64,000 nucleotides of DNA from Lama guanicoe (GCA_013239625.1 MU054187.1:1869757-1933756), one strand, 5' to 3'. Shown: positions 12,468 through 24,927, numbered from the stretch's first letter. Notes: generated from the letters alone by a model not told the origin. Made by a program: numbers and translations.

Positions 12468-13558
12468 CTAAAAAGTTGGAGGAATGACAGAAAATGTGCC
12501 ATGATTTCTAGAAACTAAGCAGACATAACTGTAAGACAGGCTGTTATAGTAAATCATTTCATAGGTTTTAGGAAGAGGGTATCACAAGCCGTTTTGCGAA
12601 GGCGATCAAAGCCGTGGACCGTATTCCTGAGCAAATTGCCCGCGGTCCTAAACATGAGATTTTCAGAGCACAGAAGCACAGGGCTTCTCATTCCCAGACC
12701 ACAGAAGTGACACAAAAGAAAAATCCAGAAGTCTCTAAAATTTAGGAGGTCGGAGCCCAGCAATGTAGCAAGAAACAAGCATGAGAGTCATTTCTCCAAG
12801 GAGCCATGGTTCTGGGGACATACTCCTCCTCCCAACCTGAGCAGAATGTCCTCCAAGAAACCCGAGAAGGAAGCTATTTTTCCCCAGTTCCTTTAGATAA
12901 ATGTGATGACACTCCAGGATCCTGTATTTCCTGGCAGGAAGAAACACCTTGCCCCAGGCCTTGGCCCCGCCTCCAGGCTCTGTCCCCCGAATTGGCACCC
13001 ACAAACTCTGCCCGCTGATCAACTCAGTCACTCTTCACAAAACCAACTCTGCACCTTCTAACTCCACAGGGAATTAAATCATCTGTTTTGAGAGTAGAGA
13101 ACAAACAAACAAACAAACAATTTGTCCAAATTACGTTCGAAGCTGTACAGTCGTTGTGTTTTAGCTGAGACCGTTCAGACCGTCTGAGGATGGGTGAGGG
13201 AGGAGGCAGTCTGGCACTCAGCGGTCCTGAGCCCTGTTTCTTGGCTGAGTCGCAAGTCAGCTCCAGTCCTTAATGTCCCTGAGATCTCAGAAATTATGGA
13301 CCTTTTGTTCATCCAAAAATAAAATAATACTCAGAACAGCAGAATATAGGACTTTACTCCACTGCAGCGTTGAGATTTCACACAAGGGAAGGACTTCCCA
13401 TCTCAGGGTGTTCTTAGATTTCAGAAGAAATGTGTTCAACCACATCGTCTCTGTCTGTGGTTTGGATTATATAAATGGTGCCTCGTCCCAAAGAGAATTT
13501 GAAGTCGTAATGAATATGCTTCTTAAAACATGCTAAACATGTGAAATAATGTACTTAC

Positions 13559-13587
13559 CCTCAGTGTTAGTACTAGGAATTTGTCAC
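13559..13587 (-). pseudogene. 29-bp micro-exon, GDKFLVLTLR
   Basis: ttccactctttag acceptor and AGG|gtaagt consensus donor. Open frame, compare EYS SGDFLCISL. Confidence 0.6.
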
Positions 13588-13937
13588 CTAAAGAGTGGAA
13601 ACAGAATTCGTGGGTTATTAACCTCACCATTAGCGACACTTAGGAAATGTTACTTAACAAAAGCAGTTTAGGTCGTCCAAGAGTCCCCGGTCTCCTTCTC
13701 AAGTTCTTAAGTGTTTTAGGGTTTGTTGTTGAGATGGATATATCTCCACCAGAGGAAAAAGTGATCTTTTGAGACCGTTTTTATCTTGTAAGCCTTAACT
13801 TTCTCCATTTCCAGGACAAGCACATAGACCAGATAACAATCCTGTTATTGAAGTGAACATGACACACTGACGCGCTTTGCACAATGTCACGAAAATTTAT
13901 AAGATACCATAAAATTACTTATTTCATGAAGACACAC

Positions 13938-14045
13938 TATGTAGCAGGAACTTCCAAGCCGCCGCCGACAATACCACACGTGCTGATGGCAGTAATGGCC
14001 GCGAATTCTGCACTGTCTACAGCTGGATGTGACGGGTTTTCATAA
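13938..14045 (-). pseudogene. LamG exon remnant resembling EYS LamG4
   Basis: AG/GT bounded. KTRHIQL*..RPL / GIV, compare EYS KKTHIQLQFQPLAADGIL. Confidence 0.55.
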
Positions 14046-14149
14046 CTGTTTGAAATTTTTTGACTTAACTTTATTTTTATTTTGGGAGGAGGTAATAGAT
14101 TTATTTATTTATTTTTAAATATAACATTTATTGCTTAGATGGTTTGACA

Positions 14150-14280
14150 CAAAACAGGTTTTCTTCTCATTTTGAATCTGGAAGTGCTGTACAGCTGAAC
14201 ACAGGGAGGAACCTGTGGTTCTCTGTTCACGGGGCGTGAACCAGCCTTGACATGACATGTAGCAGCGGTTTTTAAGTTCC
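14150..14280 (-). pseudogene. EGF end / LamG start remnant
   Basis: tttttccaaag acceptor. KNRC...WFTPR..TGSS. Confidence 0.4.
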
Positions 14281-14404
14281 CTTTGGAAAAATATGAATTC
14301 TGCATGCTGATTACTGTCTCCTCCTTAGTGCCTGGGCTGAAGTCACTAGTGTCAACTTCCTTCTGCAGGAGGGAGAGGAACGGAGGGTGGAAAGAATGAC
14401 GAAC

Positions 14405-14504
14405 CTTTCTGAAACTGGCACGTGTAGCTTCCCGGGGGCCCGTGGAGTAAAGCAGCCCTTTGGGGTTTCGTTTTGTTTGCACAGCCAGAAGTTTCATGCA
14501 GAGA
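14405..14504 (-). pseudogene. EGF (calcium-binding-like) exon remnant
   Basis: CANKT...HGPPGSYTCQFQKG with AAG|gttcgt donor. A SINE sits immediately 5'. Confidence 0.55.
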
Positions 14505-14520
14505 CTGACTCTCAGCGTCG

Positions 14521-14600
14521 TGTCCAGGAGGCACCGGGGACTGAACGCAGGGCCTTGTGCGTGCTAAGCGTGTGTTCTGCCACTGGGCTGTCCCCCCACC
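14521..14600 (-). mobile_element. Diverged tRNA-derived SINE
   Basis: ggggactgaacgcagggccttgtgcgtgctaagcgtgtgttctgccactgggct. Confidence 0.8.
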
Positions 14601-14899
14601 CTTGGATGCTGTGGACTTTAACCTGAATGTCGACACTATCCTACTGGCTGATCTCTGGCCAGGAATGAGCGTCATGATTGCCCCCTGGCATCATAAATTC
14701 TGGAAAAGAGGTTTATTTTTTTGTTTGTTCTTAATAGAAGATATGGATTATGTAGTTTCCATTTGCTGGCAATATTTACAGTCAATAGTGTAAAAAAGAA
14801 CTCTTCCATAAAAAATAAATAAAAATACAGAATATTTTTAAACATAAGTAAAATGATTAAAGAAATAAAGAACATACATATGTGGGCAAGACAGGTGAT

Positions 14900-15103
14900 T
14901 CTGGGGACATCAGCTTGTCCCTGGTCGCAGGAGCTTTGGTTTTAGCTGGCTCTGCAGGGAATGGACACAGAGCCTCTGACTGCGCAGGCTGGGAGGGGAG
15001 CTGGAGAGACCCCACTCCGGGTGAAAACGGAAAACCACCACGAACCTGGACGCCCGCGGCGAGCACTCCCACCTCCAGTCACAGGGATGCCTTGCAGCGG
15101 GAC
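14900..15103 (-). pseudogene. EGF exon remnant
   Basis: ARHPCDWRWECSPRASRF...HPEWG and SSCDQ. 3' end uncertain. Confidence 0.45.
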
Positions 15104-15249
15104 CTAGTCCCTCTGGTGGGCTTGGCACCCAAGTCCCCAGCACCCCAAGTCCAAGTTAAGACCTGAGTTTAGAGTGGTCTGGGTTGCCTCCTGGTGGAAG
15201 CAAACACAAATGTTCCTAAAGGAGCAAACCCTCAGTCAGTCCTCACAGA

Positions 15250-17900
15250 TTCCCCGCAGGTAAGGCTCAGGTAAACGCACGGTTTGTCAAAAGATAATAA
15301 CAGAGCAAAAGTGTGACTAATGTAAACAAATAATAAAGCAAGTGGTTGAGAGACAGTAAACGGAAGAAGAGGACAGCAGTGGCATAAAACTGCAAACTGT
15401 GGAATAACGGCTGCAGAATATAAAACCCGCTTAGCACGGGCAAAGCAGCCGATGACCGCCCCGATCTATGGCTAACGAGCAAGAAACTACTACCAGGCAG
15501 ATCCGATCAAGAACATGTAATGCGTAGGAATGAAAAATATGGCAAATAAAGTAAGAACTTTGGTAGGCGGACCAAACAGCAGACTCGACCCGTTTGAAGG
15601 ACCGGGAGACAGACCTGAAGAAATCGCTCACACCGCGGCACAAGGAGAAAAAGAAATTCAAACACTGAAACAGTTAAAAGATGCGGAGGCTAGAATGAGG
15701 AGGGGAAGGCCTGGCAGGCAGGTGGGGGCGACCTCAGAAAGCGAAGCGGGAAGCATCGGGGAGGGCAGGTGCTGCCCAAGGAGACGTGGGGTGGACGGGC
15801 CCTCGCTCTTCTGAGTCACGGCGAATTCCAGTCAGAATACATAAAACAAAATCTCCGTCTGCACGTGTGACGGTGAACGTACAGACCACTGGGTAAACAA
15901 GGAGGTTTGAAAACCAATCGCAGATTACGTGACACACCCCACGCCGAGCGGCCGGGAGCCTGGTCCACAGCGGGAAGGGAAGCCAGGAGCCCGCGGGCTA
16001 ACGCCTCCGGGGGCCGAGAGACTAGGAGGAGGAAACGCCGAGCTGGTCATACAGAGCGAGCGGTTCTGCCTCAGAAATCGAAGGGAGAGAAAACCGCTTT
16101 CAGACAAATACGAAAAGAAAGACTTTATTACAAGCAGGCCTGTCCATAAGGGGTCTTCTAAAGAACGTACTTCAGGAAGAAAGAAGCCGTCCAAAATGAA
16201 CGTCTGACTGCAAAGCATTAGCAAGGAAAGAGTTAATATACGAGCAAACACTGACTCCGTAGTGCAACAGTAATAACGCCTGGTTTGGGGAAGAATTAGG
16301 AAGCTACAGGCTTGAAGTTTGGGGCAGGGGGCGGGGTTGATTTAAAGGAGCCTGTGGCCGTGTGGTCTGAGAGGAAGGTGAAGGTACTGGCTAATTCTAA
16401 ACTTACTAAGTAAAACATATTTATGCAAGTTTTTAGGGTGACCAATAAAAACTGAAGCATTGATTAAAGAAAAAAATGTATCAGTCCGAAATAAGGCAAG
16501 AAAGGATAAAAGAAACTAAGAAAAAGCACATAATTTGCCATTAGATAAAAAATGTCAGGTTATCAGGAACTTATAACAATTCTAGTCTTGTAAGCATCTA
16601 ATAACATAGCCTCAAAATACATAAAGCAAAAATTTGAAGAACAGCAATAAAAATCAGCAAATCTCTGGCCACGGAGTCGTCACCGCGTCCCCTCAGCACC
16701 GACAGCGCAGTCAGGGCTCAGCGAGGCCGCCGCCGACTGAACAGCACACAAGCTTGAGCCCACAGATGTCTATAGGACCCATCTTTTAAAAAGCATACAT
16801 AAGTTACTATGAAAATGATCATATACTAGAAAGTGAATTTTAAAGAATTAACGTCATGAGACCATGTTCTTTAAGCATAAGGTAATCAAGTTAGAAATCA
16901 GTAACAAAGAGTAACTTAAAAGCAAATATGAGAAAATTAAAATTTATAATGCTTCTAAATACCTCATGGGGCACACAGCAATGAGACAACATTTCTACAG
17001 AAAGGTAACAAGAGTACGAGGTATTAAAACCTGCAGGGTATGGAAAATGTTATCTATTGAGGCTTAAAAGTCTGTATACTTTGCATAAAAAGAAGACAAT
17101 CTGAAAAGTAATGCATAAGCAGTCAATTTAAGAAGTTAGAAAAATAAATAAAAGAATAATCATAAAGAAACAGTAAGAAAGGAAGTAATAAATAACGGGT
17201 ATTAATGCAATGAAAATAAGGATAAAATTGAGGGGCTCAACAGAGTCAAATCTGTTTTAAAAGACTGATCTAAGAAGGGAAAAATCAGGTGAGACTGATC
17301 AAGACAAGGAAAACAGTGGGAATAAAAAATATGAGAAATGAGGAAAGGGAAGTGCTCACAGAAGCACTAGGTGCGTAAATAATACGAACAACTTTATGCT
17401 GGAACATCTGAAGGCAGGTTAAACAAACAGATTCCTCGGAGAGCATGAGTGCTTAGCCTGACTCAGAATTATCTAGACGTCTAATGGTCTCACAGCATTA
17501 ACTTAATTGAGGTGGTACATAAAATTCTCCCCTGAAAAACAAACAAACAGTTCCAGAAGGTTTAGCAAATGAATTTCACCATTAACAGACAGATGATTCC
17601 GATCACAGGCAAACCCATGCAGAGAACAGAAAAGGAGGACACCCTCTCCGACTCGTCTTTTGAGGTTAAGAACAATCATGATATTAAAACCAGGGGAAGA
17701 AAAAAAAGAAAAAACAGTGGGAGGAAGAAAATTCCAGGATAATCTTACTTAGACACCAAACCCTAAGCCAAATATTAGCAAACTCATCCCTGAGTCTACC
17801 AAAAAGGTAACCGGCCATGACAAAGCTGGGCGAATGAATGTCAGTGATACAAGGTGGATTCAGCAGTAAACATTCTAATCACAGCACTTAAAACAGGAAA
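15250..17900 (+). mobile_element. Old L1 remnant (ORF1/ORF2 region)
   Basis: A-rich plus strand with degraded L1 motifs (aacatagcctcaaaatacataaagcaaaaa, aagaagttagaaaaa, aaatattagcaaac). Confidence 0.75.
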
Positions 17901-18483
17901 GCAAAATGCGTGCCGGTGACTGAATTAGCACTGTGGGCACTTGGGGTTCAACCTCACTGGGGCCTCTGAGGAATCCTCTCCAGGTCAGCCCCGCCAGAGG
18001 AGGCTGGGGCACCGCCTCCCCCATCAGGTGGGGGTCCCCCCGGCACTTCCGGGCTGCCTCGGGCAGGTGGGTCACAGTCCCCTGGCCACGGGACAGCGCT
18101 CGGGCAGAGCAGCTCCAGCACATGGGGTACAGATCCCTCTGCTTGTACCAGAACCGTTCTCAAAGCCACAGGTGCCCTGGGGTGGCTGGGGGTGAGGTGG
18201 GGCTCTCACGGCATCTGCACTCGGAGTCCTACGACTCAGGTACCACGACACGTGGAGCAGGCTGGACGAACAGGCTCAGCGATCGGGGAGCCAGAGATGG
18301 GAGGACTGTCAGGACCGCAACCGTGTGCAAAGCCAGAAGGCTGAGCGTGAGATGACGTGGGGTCTGGACCACGCAACAGTTCGCAGGTCAGGGGACCGAC
18401 AAAGGATGAGCAAAGGAGACTGAGGAGGAGCCAATGAGACAGGAAGAAAACCAGGAGGTGACTATGAACCAAAAGCCTACTTT

Positions 18484-18702
18484 AAAAAAGAAAGAGGAAA
18501 GGAAGGAAGGGAGGAAGGAAGGGAGGGAGGAAGGGAAGGAGGAAGGAAAGAAGGAAGGGAGGGAGGAAGGGAGGGAGGAAGGAAGGGAGGGAGGAAGGGA
18601 GGGAGGAAGGATGGGAGGGAGGGAGGAAGGAAAAAAGGAAGGGAGGGAGGGAAGGGAGGAAGGAAGGGGGAAGGGAGGGAGGAAGGGAGGAAAGAAGGAA
18701 AG
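18484..18702 (+). repeat. (GGAA/GGGA)n purine microsatellite
   Basis: Seen directly. It generates several spurious ORFs. Confidence 0.97.
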
Positions 18703-19346
18703 AATTCCCTTCCTTTTCTGGAACAAGCATTTCCAGAAGACAGTGATAATGGATAATGAGTCAAGGAAGGAGAGATTAACTATATAAAATACCATTGGTA
18801 ACTCAAGTTAGGGGATTTTTAGATGCAGATAAATACCTCCAATAAACTCTTGATAGAATTTTTCCAGAAGAGGGAGAGAGAAGGGGAGACATGGCAGAGG
18901 ATGAAGTGGATGGGAGCCGAGGGCCCAGGGGCTGTGCAGTCAACTGTGTGGACAGATAACTAGCTGCAGAGTCAGCTGTGTGCACAGATAACTGTGGGAC
19001 AGATAACTAGGTCGCCCCCACCCTAACCCTTGGTTTTGCATCAATCAGCAGTCGGTAACCCCAGGGGGACTAAAGTTAAGTTTTCCTGTTTACTCAGCAT
19101 AATGGATGCTCTAAACTGGAGACTATGCGGCATCTTATAAACAGTCACCCTCTCTGAGCTTGTGGGCAGATTCCCACCTCTAACAAGTTAATTCACACTA
19201 ATTTTACCAGCATCAACTCAGTCCGTCTGGGCTCCAAAGGAGACACCAGAGCACAGGGAAGACACTCGGGCCCACGGCACGGCATCAGGCCGCAGCAGTG
19301 TCACCGGGGGACGGAGCAGGCTGGGGGCCGTGCTCCAAGCTGTGAC

Positions 19347-19440
19347 CTGCCGGCGTCGGGAGCGGCCAAGTTTTCCCGGGCAGGACCGCGGTCTCAGTCT
19401 GTGATATAAACACTTGAAAACCTTTCTTCTCCCAGCTAAT
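19347..19440 (-). pseudogene. LamG C-terminal exon remnant closely resembling the end of EYS LamG3
   Basis: ttgcctcag acceptor and CAG|gtcaca donor. KGFQ/CLY...PDAGR, compare EYS NGFQGCIF...HPNAGR. Confidence 0.6.
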
Positions 19441-20849
19441 CTGAGGCAAGTGCACCGCGAACACCAAGAAAGCCGAGGTCAGTGGCCACGCGTCCACTCA
19501 GCCCTGCGCCTGGGTCAGGATGCCGGGCAGGTCCAGCCCCCGAGGGGCGGCCACTCCTTCCTTCCTTCCTCTCAGCCTGGGTAGCAGCAGGGGCCCCTCA
19601 CTTCTACCTGCGTGTGTCAGGGAGGAACAGTGCATCCTCACCCAGAAGCAGAGACTCTGAAAGTAAGACTGAAGGAAGAGGAGAGGAAGGAAGGGAACAA
19701 TATGAGAGAATGTGAAGAGAAGATGCCTTTAGAAGAAATACAGGGTATCACTCAGCATCGTCTGTTAAGAGCATTAATAGTGCCAGAAATTTGAGCGGGA
19801 TAAAGATGGTGGTCATGAACTCTCAGAATAGCAAAGAGGCCCACAGAAATTGACCAGAGCAGATTCCGAGGCGGAAGTGGGGTGGGCTTCCTACAGGACA
19901 CGCCCAGGAGATCAGGGGCGAGGCCGGAGCAGTGGGTGCCAGGGCGGGTGGCATCGTGGCCTTCGGGGCCTTGCAGAGCAAGCCCGCGGCGGGGTGTCCT
20001 GGGACCCTTCCCTCTTCCCCTAAACGATCACCAGAGCAGCTGGCGGGGACCTGCCTGCCGGCACCTGTGTTACAACGGACACTGAGCTGCAGCGGACAGT
20101 CTCCCTCCGAATCAGAGGAGTCCAGCCCTTGCTGGTCGGAAAACGTCTTGGAAGCTACCCCTCCACAGATGACAAAGCCAAGGCTCAATTCGGGGATTCA
20201 AAAAAACCTTACGTTTAAGCCCGGGCCTTTCCCTTGTACGTCAGGCGTGACAGTGTGACCAGGATTGACTTCAGGCAGCGGGAGCCCTCAAACCCAGCGC
20301 TCACTCGGCACCAGGAGGGCGCACGACTCACAGGCCGCACTCCAGTTGCCCACGTCAGGCGGCGGCGTCTACTTCTTCCTCGGGGAGTAACAGACCAGCG
20401 GGCTGGGGGCTCCCAAGGAGGAGATCGCGGATTTCCCTCCTCCCTGAAGTCCACTCGGCACCGTCTGCCGTCACGGGCCTTGTCCGCCTTCCGCCTGCGC
20501 CCCTGCAGCGAGGCGAGTGGTGAGCGTTCCCGGGGCAGCCAGCCCGCCCTGGCGCTCCTGGACATCTTGCCTTCTGGCCCTTGTGAGAGATGGGTGTGGT
20601 TACTGCCTTTCTCACAGACGGGGAGATGGGGCCCCAGAGGGTGGCATCAGTGAATGGTGCAGCCAGGATGCGCACACAGGGCACGTCCCTGCTGGGGGTG
20701 CCCCCGGCATGGCTCTGGCTGCCGAGTCCTCCCGACCAGAACTACCTGTTTCCCTGAATTCTGAGCCCACCCTGCCTTTCGCTGGCCCAGCACCAACCAC
20801 AGATCTACCCCCTTTTCGTGTAATGAAAGGCTCCCCCCGAGTGGCCCCG

Positions 20850-21170
20850 TCTCCAGCGTGAGCACGCCAGGCTCCTCGCATTTCCAAGGTGGGAGACCTC
20901 TCAGTGTCCTGACGGCTGCTTGGTGCACATGGAGGGTTCCCTCGGTGAATGAAAACCACTGCCACTTCTTCTCAACCGTCCCATTTGTGCTCCCTGCCGC
21001 CTTGTTCCCATCCCAGGGCTTTGTGCTGACCGGTCCCTCCAGGGCACACTGCGCTGTGGTCGGATACTGGTACCTGCCCACCACCGGCACGGACAGCACG
21101 TCGGCAGTGAAGCCTTCAGAGCATCAGTGCAGAATCGCTCCCTCACCTTCTCTCTCCATCAGAGCCTCCT
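20850..21170 (-). pseudogene. EGF end + LamG remnant
   Basis: RFCTDALKASLP (compare EYS LCTDAINITQP), VSTKPWDG, WFSFTEGTLHV. Boundaries approximate. Confidence 0.45.
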
Positions 21171-21660
21171 GCTGGTTTCACCGCAGCGTCAGTCACCGCC
21201 GGGTAAGGAGGCCTCCTTAGCCTCCCTTCCCACCACAGTGTAGGTAAGCTTCAGGAGAACAAAGTTCCCGCCAGCCCTGCCCACTGCCCTGTCCCAGTGC
21301 TGAGCACCCAGCAGGTGACACCAAACAGCTGCTGAATAAATGCAGCTTCCCGGCGGGTGCCTTCTCCCCCAGGAGTCAGGTCACACGCGCCAGCTCATGG
21401 CTCTGTGCCCAAGGCGCCTGGCGAGACCCGGGGCCCCTTACGAGCCCCCGGAGTTTGCTGGGCTCCTGATAACTGTTCTCCGTGATCACGCTGTTGTCGT
21501 TTGCTTTGGAAAAGCAGGCCCTGTCTCCTACCACCTTTAGCTTAACCATTTCCCAAGAAAGTTTTAGACGGTTGGAAAGTGTTAAGTTGAAAACTGAAGT
21601 GATCTTGAGTGCTTCTCTTTCCCAGTGTCACTGTCACAATACGAGAGAGGAATACTTTAC

Positions 21661-21879
21661 ATCAGTTACGCTCCCAGATGAACCCATCCACATTAAAGAC
21701 CCTCAACTGCTCCTTTCTACACCCGAGTGTTTTCACAGAGTGGTTTACAAACAGCCCTCGTTGCATCGCATCTCCTTTGTATGTCTCACCGTTCAGTGTC
21801 GTTAGAAGGCATTATCTCCGTTCTTGCACACGTTACTCATACAATGGCTGAATGTGCACAGAAACGTGACTATTATTTA
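21661..21879 (-). pseudogene. LamG tail + EGF exon remnant
   Basis: attttcag acceptor and GAT|gtaaag donor. HCMSNVCKNGD/CLLTTLNGETYK/C/CNEG/LCEN recovers all six EGF cysteines with small frameshifts. Confidence 0.65.
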
Positions 21880-22225
21880 CTGAAAATCATGAAATAGGTG
21901 TTATTAACTTCTGTCGGGGAAAAATTTTCCTGGCAAAATTTAGAAATACGCTCACTGGTACCGCTTTCAGCATGCCATGCATTAGTGCTGAAAAAAATTC
22001 ATTTCTGCACAGTGATGAAGAAAGACCTATGTACGTGCCTTCAGCAAGCAGCGTCACCTCACGTGCAGGCAGAAATGCACCCAGGTGAGAGGTGCCGGTG
22101 TCTGGGAGCCAGATGGCAGGACGCCACGTGACAGCACTCAGGCAGACAGAGCTGTGACACTGTGGGCACGTGCCTGGTTCGGGGGAGAGCTGTTTGGTTA
22201 AATGTATTCCTTGTGCAGGAGGTAC

Positions 22226-22419
22226 CTGCTCGGAGACGTGGCGGCACCAGAAGACGGCCGCCTAATGCCCCGAACGGCGCCAGGCGTGCGCGCGTCTCTC
22301 AGGCAGAATCTTCTCGGTCTGGACGACGACACGGTATTGACATAAAATGGATCCGCGACGGCCCGCGTCCCGTGGGGACCAGCCTTAGCTCTGCGTCCCT
22401 GGACGCGCCGCTGGGAACA
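22226..22419 (-). pseudogene. LamG C-terminal exon remnant
   Basis: ttcctcag acceptor and CAG|gtacct donor. ADPFYV... and RLRA, which splices in phase 1 to VNN of the next exon. Confidence 0.5.
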
Positions 22420-22832
22420 CTGAGGAAGGCACTGCACTCCAGCGTGTGTCTGCTGAGTTTCATTGCTTTTACTTTTATTCAGATTTACAATTGAGTGTTT
22501 TTAAACCACGGGGCTCGTCTACAAAACCTCGTTCCACCAGCCAGTTAAACACGAAGCCGTGGTTCTGTAATTCCGAGACGCTAATGCTTAGAAATTAGCT
22601 TGTCAGTCAACTCTGTCCCCTCCCTTCAAATAAAGGAGGCAAATCTCAGATATGGGATCTGCGTATAATGAAGTCATTCTGGCCTCTTTCCTGTGAACAA
22701 ACAGGCACGCGGAACTCGTCAAATTAAATATCGTCCTAGGATGGCCTCAACCGCACGGTGAAGGCGGAAGACGGTGAGAAATGAAGTGTGTGCCCTCCGG
22801 ACCGTGAACTCTCTGTGTGTAGACATTTGTAC

Positions 22833-22894
22833 CTCCGCACGGATCCCCCAGAACGTGGTGTCGTTACACGTGTGAAGGAGGAGAGGCCCCAGGT
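22833..22894 (-). pseudogene. LamG core exon remnant
   Basis: gttgcag acceptor and GAG|gtacaa donor. DLGPLLLHTCNDTTFWGIRAE ('DLG...ND..W..IRA'). Confidence 0.45.
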
Positions 22895-23210
22895 CTGCAA
22901 CATTACATGCGAAGCGTCTCAGTTCCTCGTCTCACTCCCACGATTCTTTAGCAGTACCAAAAAGGTCACTGGGGCAGTGAAGAGGTGACAGGTCGAGTCA
23001 GAAGGTGGGCTTAACTCGGTTCTGCCCACCCTGCTGCGGAGTACAGAGAGGCTCCCTGACCATGCTGCGTGGACCAGGGCTGGCCGTGTAGACAGTCTCA
23101 AGGGAAAGGAACAAATCCAGGACGACGTGCCACACACACAGAGCGCACACCATTGTGACTGGCAGCTTCCAGAGCACAGACACTGGCACCCCTGCCCGGT
23201 GGTGACGCAC

Positions 23211-23636
23211 CTTCCCCTGCTCCACACTCAAAGACAAAGTCAAAGACAGGGGCTTTGGGCCCTGGGTTTCCAGACGCTGGGTCAGTAGCCAAGGTGACAT
23301 TAGCCACAGCACTTTGGTTCTCGCTTTTTGCATTCAGAATATGATTTTTGCTGAATTCTTTACATGGGAAAGATTTTTGCTTTCTTCTGTTTTTTTGTGA
23401 CGTTGCTTCCTTTCTTTTGTCTATGAAGTGTGATGGAAGCAGCTGGAGCCTCGGGTTCTTCTCGATGAGCGGGGCTCACGCCTTCCTCATTGTTTACAAA
23501 TAATCGATTGTTTTAAACCACAACGCACCACCCAGGTGTTAGGAGCCGTCAGCGTGGGCCTGTCCTGGAACGGAATCTGAAGGTTTATCTCAAAGTGGGA
23601 AGAGAGTGTTTCCTGTAAGTTCAGATTCGAGCGACA
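23211..23636 (-). pseudogene. LamG N-terminal exon remnant
   Basis: tctttcag acceptor and AAG|gtgcgt donor. ELTGNTLF / SHFEINLQ ... LTLSLSVEQGK. Confidence 0.5.
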
Positions 23637-24321
23637 CTGAAAGATGACCTGGGGTTTGGACGGCGGCCCACAGGGGTGTGACTCTGAGAGTCCGGGTGGC
23701 CTGTTCAGGTGAACTTGGTGTGGTGTCAACAGCGGCTCCAGCCCTAGACGGCCTCCGGGTGCCTCCCTCCCACGGGGAGAGGCCCTTTTAGCGGTACAAG
23801 TGCGATGACACTCTTTAAACAAATTTGCTCTAAAGAAGGCAGGACGTACACTGGCCCCGAAGGAAGCCAACCTGAGATCCTTCATCTGCTTCTGACCCTG
23901 AACCAGAAAGGGACTGAAAAATGGACTGGGTGAGCTCCCTGAAACAAATGATGCTTGAGTGGTTTCATGCATAATAACTGCCTTTGATGTAAATGGGGCC
24001 ATCAGTCAGGAGCCCCCGGCAATGCCGCGACCCTGTCCACCGCAGCCAGCCCCGCCTGGGGACGCAGCCTGCCCAGGCTCTGGCAGGCAAGCTGCCCCCT
24101 ACCCCGGACCCCGTCTTCAGAGAAGATTCCTGAAGGAGACTCGAGGACGCTGGTAGGTGAGGAGCCAGCGCGGGGCCCGTCTGAGCAACGTTACTGGGGC
24201 ATCTGAAGCCTTCGCTGTTGCAGGCTTAGCCCTGCTCACCCAGAAGTGAACCAGGTGCCACCTGCATAAACCCATGAACAGGTGGGGCTTTTCAACGCCA
24301 TCCTCAGAGACAAAACTAAAA

Positions 24322-24556
24322 GAAAATTGGGAGCTTGAGGTTTGCAGACACTCACTACTATCTATAAAATAGATAAACAACAAGTTTCTACTGCACAGCA
24401 CAGGGAACTATATTCAATACCTTGCAGTAACTTATGATGAAAAAGAATCTGAAAACAAACCTATGTGTGGATACGCAGGACTGAAACACGATGCTGTACA
24501 CCGGAAAGTGACACGCACTGTGAGCTGACTAGACTTCAATAAAACAAAAAAAATTT
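24322..24556 (+). mobile_element. L1 3' end fragment
   Basis: aattgggagcttgaggtttgcagac...cacagggaactatattcaata...gacttcaataaaa. Confidence 0.9.
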
Positions 24557-24927
24557 TTTTTAAAGATAAAGATTTAGAGCTAGAAAGAAAAAAAAGACTA
24601 AAAGAAGGTTGCGTCGGCCCCAGTCCCGTCACTGGGTCAGCACGTCCCCATTCCCCATCCTCTCACCTTGTACCCAGCACGTGACTCTCCACAGGGCTGA
24701 GCTCCCACAGTTAGGTTCAGTCTTTGGGCTCGACGCCCCCGAGCAGACAGAAGGGCACGTGCGGCCCGGGGTCACCACCCAGAGCCCCCGTATTAGCAAG
24801 TTGCTGTATGCTGTTCCACTTTATTCCTTTAAAAACAAACACATGCTTACGCACTTGCGGCTGGTATGATGAACTTGGAATGCAAATAAAAGAAGACGGA
24901 TAGGAGTCACTTTCGGACAAGATTTAC

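Noticed and set aside
14600..14650. Plus-strand DAVDFNLNV similar to a GREB1 motif
   Set aside because: A single short match with no other GREB1-like exons, treated as chance.
18388..18795. Glu/Gly/Arg-rich and Pro/Ser-rich ORFs
   Set aside because: Translations of a (GGAA/GGGA)n microsatellite. The ORFs at 9142-9493 arise the same way.
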